Source of the DNA: Cenococcum geophilum
Lineage: Eukaryota
NCBI GenBank assembly: GCA_050273025.1
Contig: CP158635.1
Coordinates: 24,552,001 to 24,616,000 of the forward strand
Length of the DNA: 64,000 nt
Direction of reading: 5' to 3'
In this document: positions 1 to 11,751 of the stretch, piece by piece
Numbering within the stretch: position 1 is the first letter of the stretch
How the letters are laid out: every line of letters starts with the position of its first letter
Position numbers and translations under genes: made by a program
The notes under the pieces: generated by a model
Databases searched by the model: none
Told to the model about the DNA's origin: nothing
The model's input: the letters and a program-made list of their open reading frames with translations, nothing else

Positions 1-829
1 GCGTATAGGAGGAATAAGCACGGCTACCACTAGGATAACTGCCTAATTCGGAAATAAACGCTCGTCTCTATATCTAGGAGACTGGCAAAGTCCGACTTTA
101 TATAGGCCCTATATATATATCACTAAAACCACCACTTAGTTATATTGCTAGCTCATACGCGCATATACTTCGTATATGCACACCCCTAATGTCTTCTACT
201 AACCATAGGTTAACACGTGCTTATACTAGGCGTATACTAATAAAAGAGAAACAGCGCGTTGGCCTATCTACTCCCTCCACTGGCTTAAAACGTAGGGTTA
301 GTATTTCACCTGTATATATTTAGCATACGCTAACTATATATATAGCGCGGCCCAACCCCACCGGGCGACTATAAGGAATCCCCCTTACCGTCTACCCGCC
401 GCCAAAGGGGTAAGCTTACCTTATACATTCCCTATATATACATAGCTAATATTTAGCACCAGTAAGTAAAAAGCCAACGGCCCGTTATGGTAGAGGTAAA
501 AGCTCTAGTAAGTTTAGTTCCATCTATTGCGTATATTATACTTATGCTCTATATAAGCCACAGGCGGAACCCGCCACTTAACCCGCCTTTACCGCGTAAG
601 TCCTAAACTATAAGTCCCGGCATATACTAGGCCTGCACGCTATATACGCAGCCTACAGTATATAGCCGGAGTTTTAGTGAGGTTTATTTAGTAGATAGGC
701 TAGGCATATACCCAACATAGGGAGCGGGGCAATAGGCCCGCATTAATTAATTCTTTATTTATTATAAAACTCTATATAATACTTTCTATATATATACCGT
801 GTATATGCGCCCTATATGCTAACACTATA

Positions 830-3800
830 CTCACGCGCCCACTTCTTAAGCTTTGCTAGTTCCTTTACTTTATTATATACGTCTTTAGCTTATTTTAATT
901 TATTAATTCGTCGCTCTATATTTTTTATACGTAGTATATATACCTCCTTTTCTAGCTCCTCCGTAGATAAGTAAGACCTATGCCTCTTGCCTATAGTCCG
1001 GGGTGTTTAACTTCGCGACGGTAGTAGTAGCATCTCTGCTATATATACGGTAGATACGCGTGACGTATCCGATACTAATACAATATTATTATCTATAGTA
1101 CTTATCTGCGAGATAATTTAGCTACTAGATATAGTAGGCTTGGGGGTATTAAATGGGTTCTAAGGATTCTAAGGAAGATTTAACATAGGATTTCTAGCTC
1201 GCCGCTTAGCTGCTTTCCGCTGTTTCTACACTACCTAAGCTTAGTATATACTTTGCATATACAGGATATATATATACATTGTTTCTATAGCTGTACTGCT
1301 ATCCGCTTTAAGTCGCTATAATTTTTCTATATATTATCTATTCCTGTCTCCTTATATAGCTCTTATAGATCGAATATTTCTTATATACGAAGTTTAAGCC
1401 TATACTAAAATATTAGAATATGTGGTGCATATACAGAGCGTATATATCTACCGTAGCACTGCGGTAAAAACGCATAATTTTCGACCGGTAAAGTTATTAT
1501 CCTAAAAGTAACTACTTTTACCAATTCTAGTATGCTTCTGTGCATACGCCCACCACTTATAAGGAATCTTTAACTTTTCCTTTACAAGTCCGGCTAGTAT
1601 CCATGTTTTCTTCTTATTGTTTATCTAGGATGTAAGCTCCGGATGCAGTATATATATACTTTATATACGCGCTGCTAGTTTCTACTCTATCTCCGCTTCC
1701 TATATCTGCTTTATAATATATCTTGCTTTATATATCGGAAAGCGCTTTATAAAGTTTCGTTTAATATATACTAGGCAGAATACAAGCATATACTAAAGGT
1801 GTTTATCCCATTTACGGGATGGGTTAATTAAATGTAAGTAATCCCTAAAGCCTGTATATTATTAGCATATATTTAGCATATACTAAATATATACTAAGCG
1901 TATACTCACCGCCAGCTTATTTCTTATACATGTTAACTATAGCAGTGCAAAGTCTAGTTCCGTAAATATGTGCAAATTGTATAGATAATCGAGCAGTATT
2001 ACCTAAAACCTTAAATACTAGCTAAAACATCTTTATATACGCAGCACGTGTTTCTAGGTTAAGAAAGGCGTATACCTACACCTTAATTCCTATTATAGGT
2101 ATTAGCCCATATATAGCATATGCGAAGTATAAGGTATGCATACGTTTAGAATTCTCGTCCTATCCTGCAATTAAGAATAGATTCGTTTTGCCTTAAACTA
2201 TCTTAAATAATAGGTCCATTTCGATACATGTTACGCGTTAGAATGCCTTAGCTTGCGTGTACGTATAGCATATAATAAGGAAATGCTCGTCGTTAAAGTT
2301 ATAAATTGCCCGAATCTATTACTTGGTATTCTCTTTATGCTAATTAATAGAGAACTCACGTAGTATACCTGCTCTGCTTAGGCTCTATATATACTTAGCG
2401 TATATCTAACCTATACTCACCTGTATATGCCGTCCCCTCTAGGAACTATAGCATTCTTTCCTTTCTAATTAGAGCAGTAATTCGATCTTTAATATTAAGA
2501 CTGCCATGCACTACACGTAGTGTCTGTGTTCTATACTTCCTGCATAAAATATAGTACTGCGGCGATAGGATGAATCGACCTGTATAATAGTAAGTAGTTT
2601 TATTCGTATATATAGGGCATATATAGGGCATACGCGTAGTAAGGCTTAGGACTTCCCCCTACTTTATCGCTTTAACTATATTATTAGCAAGGTCGATTAG
2701 TAGCTTTATTAGATATAGTAGATAATACGTATAAGAATTCCGCGTAATAAGGCAAATATAAGGATACTATGCTATATTGATAGGAATATAGCAATCTAAC
2801 CGTGCACCGCATATTCGGCCTATTACCCTACCTTAACCTTAGGGGTAGTCGAAACCTATATATGCTTAGTATATACATAGCGTATACACAATGTATATAT
2901 TACCTACCGCAATATTTTCACTTTAATGTTATATATCCGATATAGGTATATTCTTATTTAAGTTCTTAAACTCCATATTTAACAAATAGACGAAGGTATT
3001 AAATATTTACCCAGGCAGTCGTCGGTAATAAAGGCCAAGTAGTATACTATAGTTTAGTATTACTGCTGCTAGAACAACCGATAAACTCTAGCTGTATATA
3101 GTCAGCATATATCTCGCATATGCTGGCTATATGCTTACTCTATGCCGATAAAACATTATTAGTCTGCTTTCTCTATATACACGTTCTTGTATACTAGGGT
3201 AGATACACTACCGCCATAATCGTAGAATACTATAGTAGTAGCTGCATATTATAAGTATGTGCCTATTATATATAGACAATACTTACTTCTCTATGCTTTG
3301 CTTTAGCTGTTTATTAATATCTCCCTAGTATAGACGACTACTGCGCTTTTAGAGGTCGTTAATAGATTTAAGCTTAACCCTATTATATGCGGAGGATATA
3401 TAAAGGATATCCTTATAGGCGTACTCGCAGTGTCTAATACCGCTATATTTAAACGCTTAATGAAATACTTTTCTACTTTCCCGATTATTATTTTCTCTAA
3501 GGAGTTATAGTCGTGTAATCTTAGGGTCACCAGTTTTATGGAATGAGAATTAAATCTACTAAAGGTATAAATACGGCATATACCTAGCATATACATCACT
3601 TACCTTTAACATATACTGCTTAATAACCTCGCGTACTATTTCTTTATCTATATCTATAAACAGTAGAGGTATTACTTTATAGATAAAATATACAATTCCT
3701 TCTTTTCTAGTTGCTGGATATTCTGGCATTATAATATAGTCTATTACCTCTTAGACGATAACTTAATACTTGCCGTTAGAGCTAATAAGTGCTCTATAGT

Positions 3801-4126
3801 CTTAGAGTGTGTTCTGGCTATGCTAAGCATATGCATAGCCTATACATAGAGTAGTACGTAGTCTTACCTTAGAGAGACCTATATAAAATGGAACCCGCTA
3901 TTACATACTATCTTAACCCTCCTCCTCCTCCTCCTTATCCTTAATATTCTCTCTGCTAATCATATCATCTTAAGAACTATCGTCTTCGTGTTTAATGTTA
4001 GGTACGCTGTGGGCTGCCTGCGTATACTTAGCATATGCGTAGCATATGGTTATTTATACTAACTAGTAGGCCGTTTAGCCACCGTATTATACTCTCGTTT
4101 GCTTCAGTATAGTTTTCACTTGCCAT
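830..4126 (-). pseudogene. MULE-type DDE transposase, intron-containing, RIP-inactivated
   Basis: The ATG at 4126 begins MASENYTEANES. De-RIP motifs: CGARLDC...H-T-H zinc ribbon (~2810-2720), IEMDLSFK (first D, ~2215), TAIVDMCKKQAGG|FGDYL (second D, ~1935), FCLVHIKRNF (CxxH, ~1775) and HTGIGESSHFQDNN (E, ~1517). GT-AG introns at 1852-1909 and 2369-2420, among others. The 3' limit is uncertain. Confidence 0.75.
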
Positions 4127-4303
4127 TAGTATAGCAAGGTACGTATAAATACGCGTATATATATATATGTATGTGTGTATACGTATATTTATATATCTAT
4201 ATATCTGCGTGTATATGCTTAGCATATGCTCTAGATATTTTGGTTTGTATGGTCGCTTAATTTAAATGTGGCTAGCGATACGTATTCTGTATGGGCAAAA
4301 GTA

Positions 4304-4399
4304 TGACCACGCCGACCTTTTGCCGGCGGTTCCATCGGTGACCACGCTCAACTTTCGCCGACCCCATCGGTGACCACGTTCAACTTTTCTGTGACCACG
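4304..4399. repeat. Four subterminal TGACCACG repeats (putative transposase-binding sites)
   Basis: TGACCACG at ~4304, 4339, 4371 and 4392; two of them lie within CCATCGGTGACCACG. Confidence 0.75.
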
Positions 4400-4719
4400 C
4401 TCAGCTGCACCCCGGCAGCAGGCTCCGCAGGAGGTGTAGGATGTTCGACTAGGGGACAGTCAAGTTCTAAGGTGGGGGAGGGGACGCTGGTGACGGCCGT
4501 ATAAAAGATTTCTATTTGTCTGCTTATTTACTGTATTTCCTAAAGCTCCTTTCTTGTTTACTTTCTTAGTCAAGACGCGTCAGTCGCGACGACCTACTGC
4601 AGAGATGTCAGCTCAGCTCACCGCCTGTCACCGAGCCAATAGCGATTTTCCATCCCGGGGATGGAAAATCCTGATTGGTCCATTCAGCAATAGAGCCGGC
4701 AGAACTCTACACCGCCCCT

Positions 4720-6900
4720 GAAATTCGACGATGCGCCAGCTGCACGATGAGAACGGCACCAAGAGCCTCAATTGATTGCACGGATACAGAGCCGATTGTA
4801 CGATGCAGAGCCAGACGCAGAGCCAGACGCAGAGCCAGACGCAAAGCCTTGATCGAATGACTGCACGGATGCCTTGATCAATCGAGCGACCGTACTGAAG
4901 CCACGACTGGTCGAAGAATCGAATCAAGCCAGAGCCTCGATATCAGCACGTCGCCGTCACTGCATCGAATCAGTCGAATGTCGTCAAATTAGAGCCTTCG
5001 ACCGGGCCGACTTTGTTCCTTATTCGAACGACAGCTGATCGCAGCTCTGCCCTGCCACCCGAATTCAGTACTGCACCGGCTGCACGACGAGAACAGACAC
5101 CGCGGTAAGGAAGGGACCTACATACAAGGACAGCAGCACGATATTGGAAACAAGCACCGCGGAACCGTAAAGCAGCATACGAAGAGGCACTGACAAAGAT
5201 GCTCTGCGAGAGATCGTACACAGGGCACAGCTGACCACATTAAGCCCAAGCCATCCTCATGTGACTGAAGACAGGACAAAGCCGTATCTGACTAAGCCAG
5301 TGAAGGACCTTGTTAAGGACTACAAGGGAAACAGGAATGGGACGTACAGGAGCCAGCACTTCTTAGAGATCGTCTTAACGAAAGGACTGTATTATGGACG
5401 CAAGGGCAAGGGATATGCGACGGAGGTAGTCATAATAGCCGAGAAGCTGCCACCGGATGACAAAGAGACTGGAAGCAGAAGACAGTCCCTAGAAGGCTCT
5501 TAAGCTAAAAGAAGATCAAGGACACGTGAGCGTACTGCCAGCAGTGAGGGCAAAGGAGCAGCCGTAAAGGCCTAAGATGCGCCAAAGAAGCCAAGTGCAA
5601 AGACGGCCCAGAAAGAGAAGAAAGTAGCTATTAAGGACGTCCCAGAAAAGCACTAGGCCTGTGGTAGTAGTTCAAAAGGAAGCTGCCGTTAGTGTTCGCG
5701 AGGGAGAAAGTCTTAAGACAGGTCTCTGGATTGGACGTCTGGTGGACACTAAGAGCCTCAATCGACTACATGGATACAAAGCTTTGACAGAACGACTGCA
5801 CAGCCAGAGTCTTGATCGATTGTCCGCAGATGCAGAGCCTACGGATGCAGAACCCAGGTCGTACGTGCAGCAGAAGACACCTTGAGTCAAGCTAGAGCCT
5901 TAGTCAAATCCTGATCAGTCGAACGCCGCCTGTACAAGTCAAGTCGTCAAATTAGAGCCTTCGGTCGGGCCGACCTAATACCCTATTTGAACGTCAGTTG
6001 ATTGTACGTTGTTACAGTCAAATCGAATCAGTCACCGTCGCCGTCAGACGTCTTGGATTGGCAGTTAAAGATGCATCACCGCAGGCACGCAGACACGCAG
6101 GCACGCAGGCACTAGACCTAATCAGGGAACCAGTACACGGCCGGAAGAACGTCGGAAACACGGTTAATTAACGTTTTGGAGCCTCTGCGAGAGCCTCTTC
6201 CCTTGACTGCCCACCCCCGTATCGATCGACTGCCGCCCGTCTCGACGCCCGCGAATTGGCTAACCAGAACGATCTTTCCTGCAGATATAGATACGGAGCT
6301 TTACACGGAGTCTCGTACGGAGTCTACGGATATGGAGCATACAGGTGCAGAGCCTTGATTGGACAGCTTGACTGGACGCCTATAGATGCGAAGCCTTGTA
6401 CGAACAGCAGATGCGGAGCCTTGACCGATCGGACGTCTGCACGGAAGCTTTAATCAACTGTCTACGGATGCAAAGCCCCAGTCGTATATGCAGCAGAAGA
6501 CACCTTGAGTCAAGCCAGGGCCTCATTGAATCTTGATCAGTTGAACGCTGTCTCCGCATTCAAGTCAGGACAGTCAGAGCCTTCGACCGGGCCGACTTTC
6601 TACCTTAAGCAAACGACCGAACGATCAGTTGCACGTCGTCGCCGACCAATTAGACAGTCTTCGGCCAGCAGTCAAGGCAGCCATACACGCATACACGCAG
6701 ACACGGACGCAGACACGGACGCAGAATATGCAATATAGAGCTACTGATGCACAGCCAGATGCACAGCCAGATGCACAGCCAGACGCGCAGCCAGACGCAC
6801 AGCTAGATGCAGGGCCTAGTGCAAAGCCACGGGCAGAGCCTTGACTAAGAAGCTGCGTACGATGCAGACCAATACGGAGCTAGATGCAGAGTTTTGATAT
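4720..6900. repeat. Degenerate long direct repeats with embedded 8-12 bp tandem arrays
   Basis: AGAGCCTTCG(A/G)(C/T)CGGGCCGAC at ~4990, ~5954 and ~6576. GTCGTA..TGCAGCAGAAGACACCTTGAGTCAAGC at ~5858 and ~6481. (GCAGAGCCAGAC)x3 at ~4805-4843 and (GATGCACAGCCA)x5 at ~6747-6810. Confidence 0.8.
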
Positions 6901-6959
6901 CAGACGACCAGCCGAACGATCGAGTCGGGTCATAGCCTCTGCCATCTTGATCGACTGCC

Positions 6960-7590
6960 CTACTACCGCCGCCGCTGCTGCTGCTATTCCGTCCGACTGC
7001 TCTGTCCTACTGTCTCAACCGACTGCTCTGTCTCTACTGTTCTAGATCTGTACCGTTGCTAGATCTATTTTACTGCTAGATCTGCTGGATCTGCTATGAC
7101 GCCCAACTGTTCTGACCGACCTGTCCCGTTCTACTGTTTCCACCGAGCGCTACTCCGACCGACCGCCGCCGACCGACTGTTCTACTACTACTGCTACTGC
7201 TACTGCTGTTCCGACTAGCTATTCTACTGCTACTGTTTGACCGTTCCGTTCCACTGTTCCGATTGTTCTGCCACTGCTGTTTTGACCGACTGCTACCGAC
7301 CGACTGCCATCGACCGTCTGCCGTTACTGAGTGTTCTGCTATCAAAAGTTCTACTGCCAGATGTCCTATTGCTTGCTACACCGACCGAGTTCTTCTACCG
7401 ACTGTTCTGTTACTGACCGTTCTACCACTAACCGTCCTGTTTTATTTTACTGCGCTAGATATCTGCTTTTATTGTTATTTCTATTGCCGTTACTACTACT
7501 GCTGTTACTGTTGTTACTGCTATCACTGCTATTGCTGCTGTCGCTATTATTTCTGATTTACTGCTGTCCTAGTTACTCCTAGTTACTAGG
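6960..7590. repeat. Low-complexity CTACTG/CCGAC-rich tract
   Basis: Degenerate CTA/CTG/TTA triplet runs and CCGAC repeats. Confidence 0.8.
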
Positions 7591-7774
7591 TCGGATCTTA
7601 GCTATGGATAATAGGACGCCGTAGAGCAGTTCTATAGGAGAGCTAAGGACGAGGTTATCTGCGTTCTTTTAGGGATGTGCCTTCCTTTTTCTATTCTGCT
7701 TTCGCTATGCTTTCTTTGGGCTATTCTTCTATTGTATAGAACGTTAGGGGACAACGTTCTTGGTGGGGGAGGTA

Positions 7775-8017
7775 TGTGGTGGGGTAAAATGGCTTACGCC
7801 TAGTACCTTGGCATTTTCCTGTATATATCAAGCCTTCGGCTTCCCTCCTTCTTACACATCACGACCTACCGGAATACATTCTTTCCTTTCTTCTTACTGA
7901 CTGCTTTCCTACTGATTGATTACGACTGACGACCGACCGACCGACCGACCGACCGACCGACCGACAGACAGACAGCATTGTGACTTTCCTATCTGAGAGT
8001 GGTCGTACCCTCCCACA
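7775..8017 (+). repeat. 3' LTR of element G (243 bp) containing a (GACC)n microsatellite
   Basis: Inverted ends TGTGGTGGGG / CCCTCCCACA, TATATAT box at ~7822 and upstream PPT; only one copy in the window. Confidence 0.7.
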
Positions 8018-11000
8018 CTATAATCTTAGGGTCTACCAAATATGGTTTTACAACCGTGCTATAAAAGTTAGTGGGTTTATAGGGAAGTTATATAGTATAA
8101 GTCTTATTTTTAGTGCTAAGTAGGTTATGCGGACCAGACCAATAACCGGGTTGGCCTATAGGTCCTTCTCTCTATACCAATACGGGTAAGTTAAGTAGTA
8201 GGTTATAGATCGCAGTTATCTTAGATCCGTTACGTATATTAAGGGCATCTACTACTTAGCGCTCAGCTCTAAGCTTCTTAACTTCTTCTATAGCCTTTTT
8301 AAGAGCTGCTACTTGTTATATAACTGTAGGATTAGGTGCATCGGATTCTACTATGCGTAGGTAAGCTCCAAATACTAGTAAGGTGGGTATAAGACCGTTA
8401 AGGCCTACGGAATCGTTAATTGCTTTAAAAGCCATTTATAGGGCTATATCCTTACTAATATCTAGCAGTTTTATAGTAATAATATAGTATATACAATGGA
8501 GGAAGCTATAGTAGCGTTCTACCATTCTGACTGAATTATAGGCTTCGATAGGTATACTTCTTATAACTATTCCAAATATTATAGTATATTGTTTAAATTC
8601 CTTACTTATAAAATTCTTGCCTATATCGTGTGTAATAATATTAGGAGGTCCTAGGTATATATTAATCTAGCATATTTATAATATATCCCATATATACTTA
8701 GCGCTAATATTTTACAGCTATCTGCCAGCTTAAAATCGTGTTCCTTTATTAATAATATATAAAAGGGGTGCGCCATTAATATATATAATATTAACCACAA
8801 TTAAATAGTTATAATTGATATTATTATATAAGGTAAATCTAAATCTACCAGGCGACTTTCTATATTTTTAATAATAGTGGTAGTAGCGTATAAGATAATC
8901 TAAGGTCTTACTGTTAATATTATACCCTAAGCGTTTAAGTATTTATATAAGACGCTCAGCTAAAGGGTGGCCAAAACGGCAATATAGTTGCTTTAATTCT
9001 ACGTTAATAAGGTAGTAGGGGTTTTATCCAAATAACTTAGTTAAATAAGTACATAGGGATGTATTCTAAAGTAGGAAAGGGTAGCTAAAGCGACGTATAA
9101 CGGGTACTTCGCTTTAAGGGGTAATTAGCATATTTTTTAGGTTGTTATAGTACACTTATAGGTAATTTATATCTGCCAAGTAAAGCAAAAATGGAGTGTC
9201 GACCTTAACAATATGAAACTCAATTATGCCAATTAGGGTAATTACTTTGGCTGATCTGATTAATAAGGTTAATCTAATGCCGAACTATACGTTAACTATG
9301 CCTTATATAGTAGTATTAAGCTATATATTAGTATTAAGTCTCTAAAATGCTAAGAATTGGCTATATTCTGCTATAGATCGTTTAGATGCTCCTATATTAA
9401 TCATTATACCTATAAACTTGTCTGCAGTATAGCGGGACGTAGATATAGTTGCATTATAGGTAAAGGGGTCCTAGTCGGTTATAAGAGGTACTATATTATC
9501 TATAGTTGTAACTAAATAGCCAAAGGCTTTATCAGCTAGGGTAGCGGCTATAGAAATTGCTTTCTGCTGTTCTACTTAGCCGAGGGAGATATAGTAGTAA
9601 TTAATATTTAGTTATAAGTTCTTGTCAGTTGCCTTATAACTTACATTAATAGTTAGTACTTAAAAAGCTTCCTTAAGCTCTTCTTCTAAGTCAGTATTGT
9701 TATCCTTATAATCCATAATATATTAGTTAAGTTATTTCTTAAATTAGTTATTAAATTTGCTAAACCTATCTCTATTAGTAGTTCTAAACTTAGCTTTAGA
9801 CTCTTCTTGCTCCTCCTTAGTATATCTCTATAAGCGATATCCTTCCCTATTATATATAAAGCAACGTAGTTTCTTTCGGTTGCGGTTATACATAGGGTTA
9901 TTGCGATTGCTGTAGTTGTAGTTGTTATCTCTTTTATAGAACCGTCGGTCTATAAAGAAGGCTTATATCTTCTCTATATACTCTTTCTCGTATGCTATAA
10001 TAGACAATTAAAGTTTGTTAATAAGGGCTCTAAGGTTGTCCGGTGGGTCAGAGACTGTATATCTGCATGCTAGTATTCCCTAGCAAGAAGTAACGATTTT
10101 GTTATAGAGGAAGTCTATAGTTTATAAGGTAGGTCTAAGGCTATACTATAGTTAACAAAGTCTGTGGATTAATAATTGGAGATATTCGCTTATTAACTTA
10201 TCTATATTTCCTGCTATTACTGTTATAAGTATAATAGTATTTCACTTATCTAGGTTCTTGCATTGAAATCCTAGTCCTTTAAAGAAATTCTAAAGGTGCT
10301 TATAAGCTTTAGTAAATGGTAGGCGGGATAGTTAGTTTATATAGAAGTGGTCCAAAGCTAGTCCTTTTAGCATAGTAGGGAATACCTTAAGGTAGGCTTC
10401 TTAGGGTACATCCGCTTAATTGCAGATATTATAAAATATTATTAATTTATAGTTAAGGCTTTCGTTTATACTACCATATTTCTACTTCTTTATATATATC
10501 TTAGCTGCATTCGCAATTTCCTTACTATAGCCAGTTACAATAATAGGGTAGTTCTCCTCATCTGTAGATTATACGTGGAGTTACTATATTATTATTATAG
10601 GTTAAGGCGTAGCAGATAGTATAAAAGTGGACGTAGTTGTAGATTAAGGTATAATAGATAGTATAAAGGTAGAGGTAGTCGGTATACCGGTTAGTTAGAT
10701 TACGGTAGCTTTAGCTTATTATTACTTCTCTAAGGTACCCTCTATTATGTATACCTTAATCGATCTTAATAGCGTCGGTCCGTACTTATTATTAGCTAAT
10801 TTAATTATCTCTCTGCTTTATTTAGTTTGGTCTTCTTCTTATACTATATTATATAAAGACTAAGGGAGTGTTTTGTTTTGTTTATGGTTAACATTAACCT
10901 ATACTCCTCTAATGTTTAGGCAGTTATATAGTTGCTAAAGCTAGTATAAGGGGATTTGCGTAAAGATATCAACCATAAAGTCCTTAAAATCTCCCTAGAA

Positions 11001-11751
11001 TAATTCCTAGAGTATTAAGTTAAGCTAGTTATATATCTCTATATATAGGTATATCTTATATTATAGGTAGTTAGTTAGTTCATCTTTTAAGGCTTCTATT
11101 AAGTTAATCCTATTTTCCCATTTAGCTGCTTCTTCCTCCTAGTCTTTCTCTGTTCCTAATATCTTATTTATTATATATTGTTTAGGTAAGTAAGGGTAAA
11201 GGTAAGGGTGTTTAAAAGGTAAAGGTAGGGGAACAGTTAAGGAGGCGGTTAAAGAGGTGGTTAAGGAGATAGTTCGAGTTAGTTAAGTAGGGTAAAGTGC
11301 TCTACGCAGTAGTCTTCTAAAATAAATAGAACAAGATGTCTAGAAGTCGTCGTGGATACCAGATAAGTACTCCTAGGTAGTTTCTCTTCTTCTCTTTAAC
11401 TAAAATAGGCTGATACAAAAGGTGGATAAGTATAACTATCTTCTAATCTGCTGTAAGGTGGACAGTATAACTGTTTTTTAAGCTATCTGCGTATTTCCTA
11501 ATCTGTACGCGCTCACTAATTAGTGTTGGTATACTTTAATAACGTATAGAATATATATATCACAATAATATATACTATACGGTGTTATAGATAGATGTTG
11601 TCTTTTAATACAAGGAAGGGTAAGGAACTTAAGGTTCCTTACCACGCTAGTGCCGCGGTAACACGTGACGGCAACTTGCCTCACGTAACGGCAACTTACC
11701 ACGCGTGGCGGCAATTTGCCTCCTATTGCAATGCAATATATTCTAGCTATA
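8018..11751 (-). mobile_element. Ty1/copia family A, copy 1 (5' LTR, gag, protease, integrase), interrupted by element G
   Basis: Colinear with 16920-20633, differing mostly by transitions. LTR at 11524-11751. De-RIP GIMIDTGASK protease motif at ~9400 and HCRFGHP integrase motif at ~8970. Confidence 0.92.
11524..11751 (-). repeat. 5' LTR of copia A1
   Basis: Near-identical to 14788-15016 and 20405-20633. Confidence 0.95.

Larger units (their letters stand above)
1..4413 (-). mobile_element. RIP-degenerate Mutator-like (MULE) DNA transposon; one end at ~4413, the other end outside the window
   Basis: Contains a multi-exon DDE transposase pseudogene. The terminus reads GGGTGCAGCTGAGCGTGGTCAC on the minus strand and carries four subterminal (G)TGACCACG repeats. 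The second TIR and the TSD cannot be seen. Confidence 0.7.
4414..8017 (+). mobile_element. 3' part of a gypsy-like LTR element (G): GC-rich repetitive region, PPT and 3' LTR
   Basis: PPT GGTGGGGGAGGTA at 7762-7774 is followed by an LTR with TGTGG...CCACA ends. The element interrupts copia A1 at 8017/8018. No pol is visible in this part. Confidence 0.65.

Noticed and set aside
4304..4399. Spaced repeats as a CRISPR-like array
   Set aside because: The repeats are too short and the spacers are similar to each other; the context is eukaryotic with no cas genes. Better explained as transposon subterminal repeats.
4644..4700. Hammerhead ribozyme (GAAA and CTGA present)
   Set aside because: No CUGANGA core or three-stem arrangement could be built.
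4628..6844. Many short ORFs on both strands of the GC-rich island
   Set aside because: Expected from high GC and 12-bp repeats; no recognisable domains.
7094..7582. Cys/Tyr-rich, Leu-rich and Ser-rich ORFs resembling small secreted or membrane proteins
   Set aside because: They are translations of a low-complexity triplet tract in different frames.
11520..11714. 64-aa ORF repeated at 20456-20650, and ORF 30224-30499
   Set aside because: They lie within LTRs; the similarity only reflects LTR duplication.
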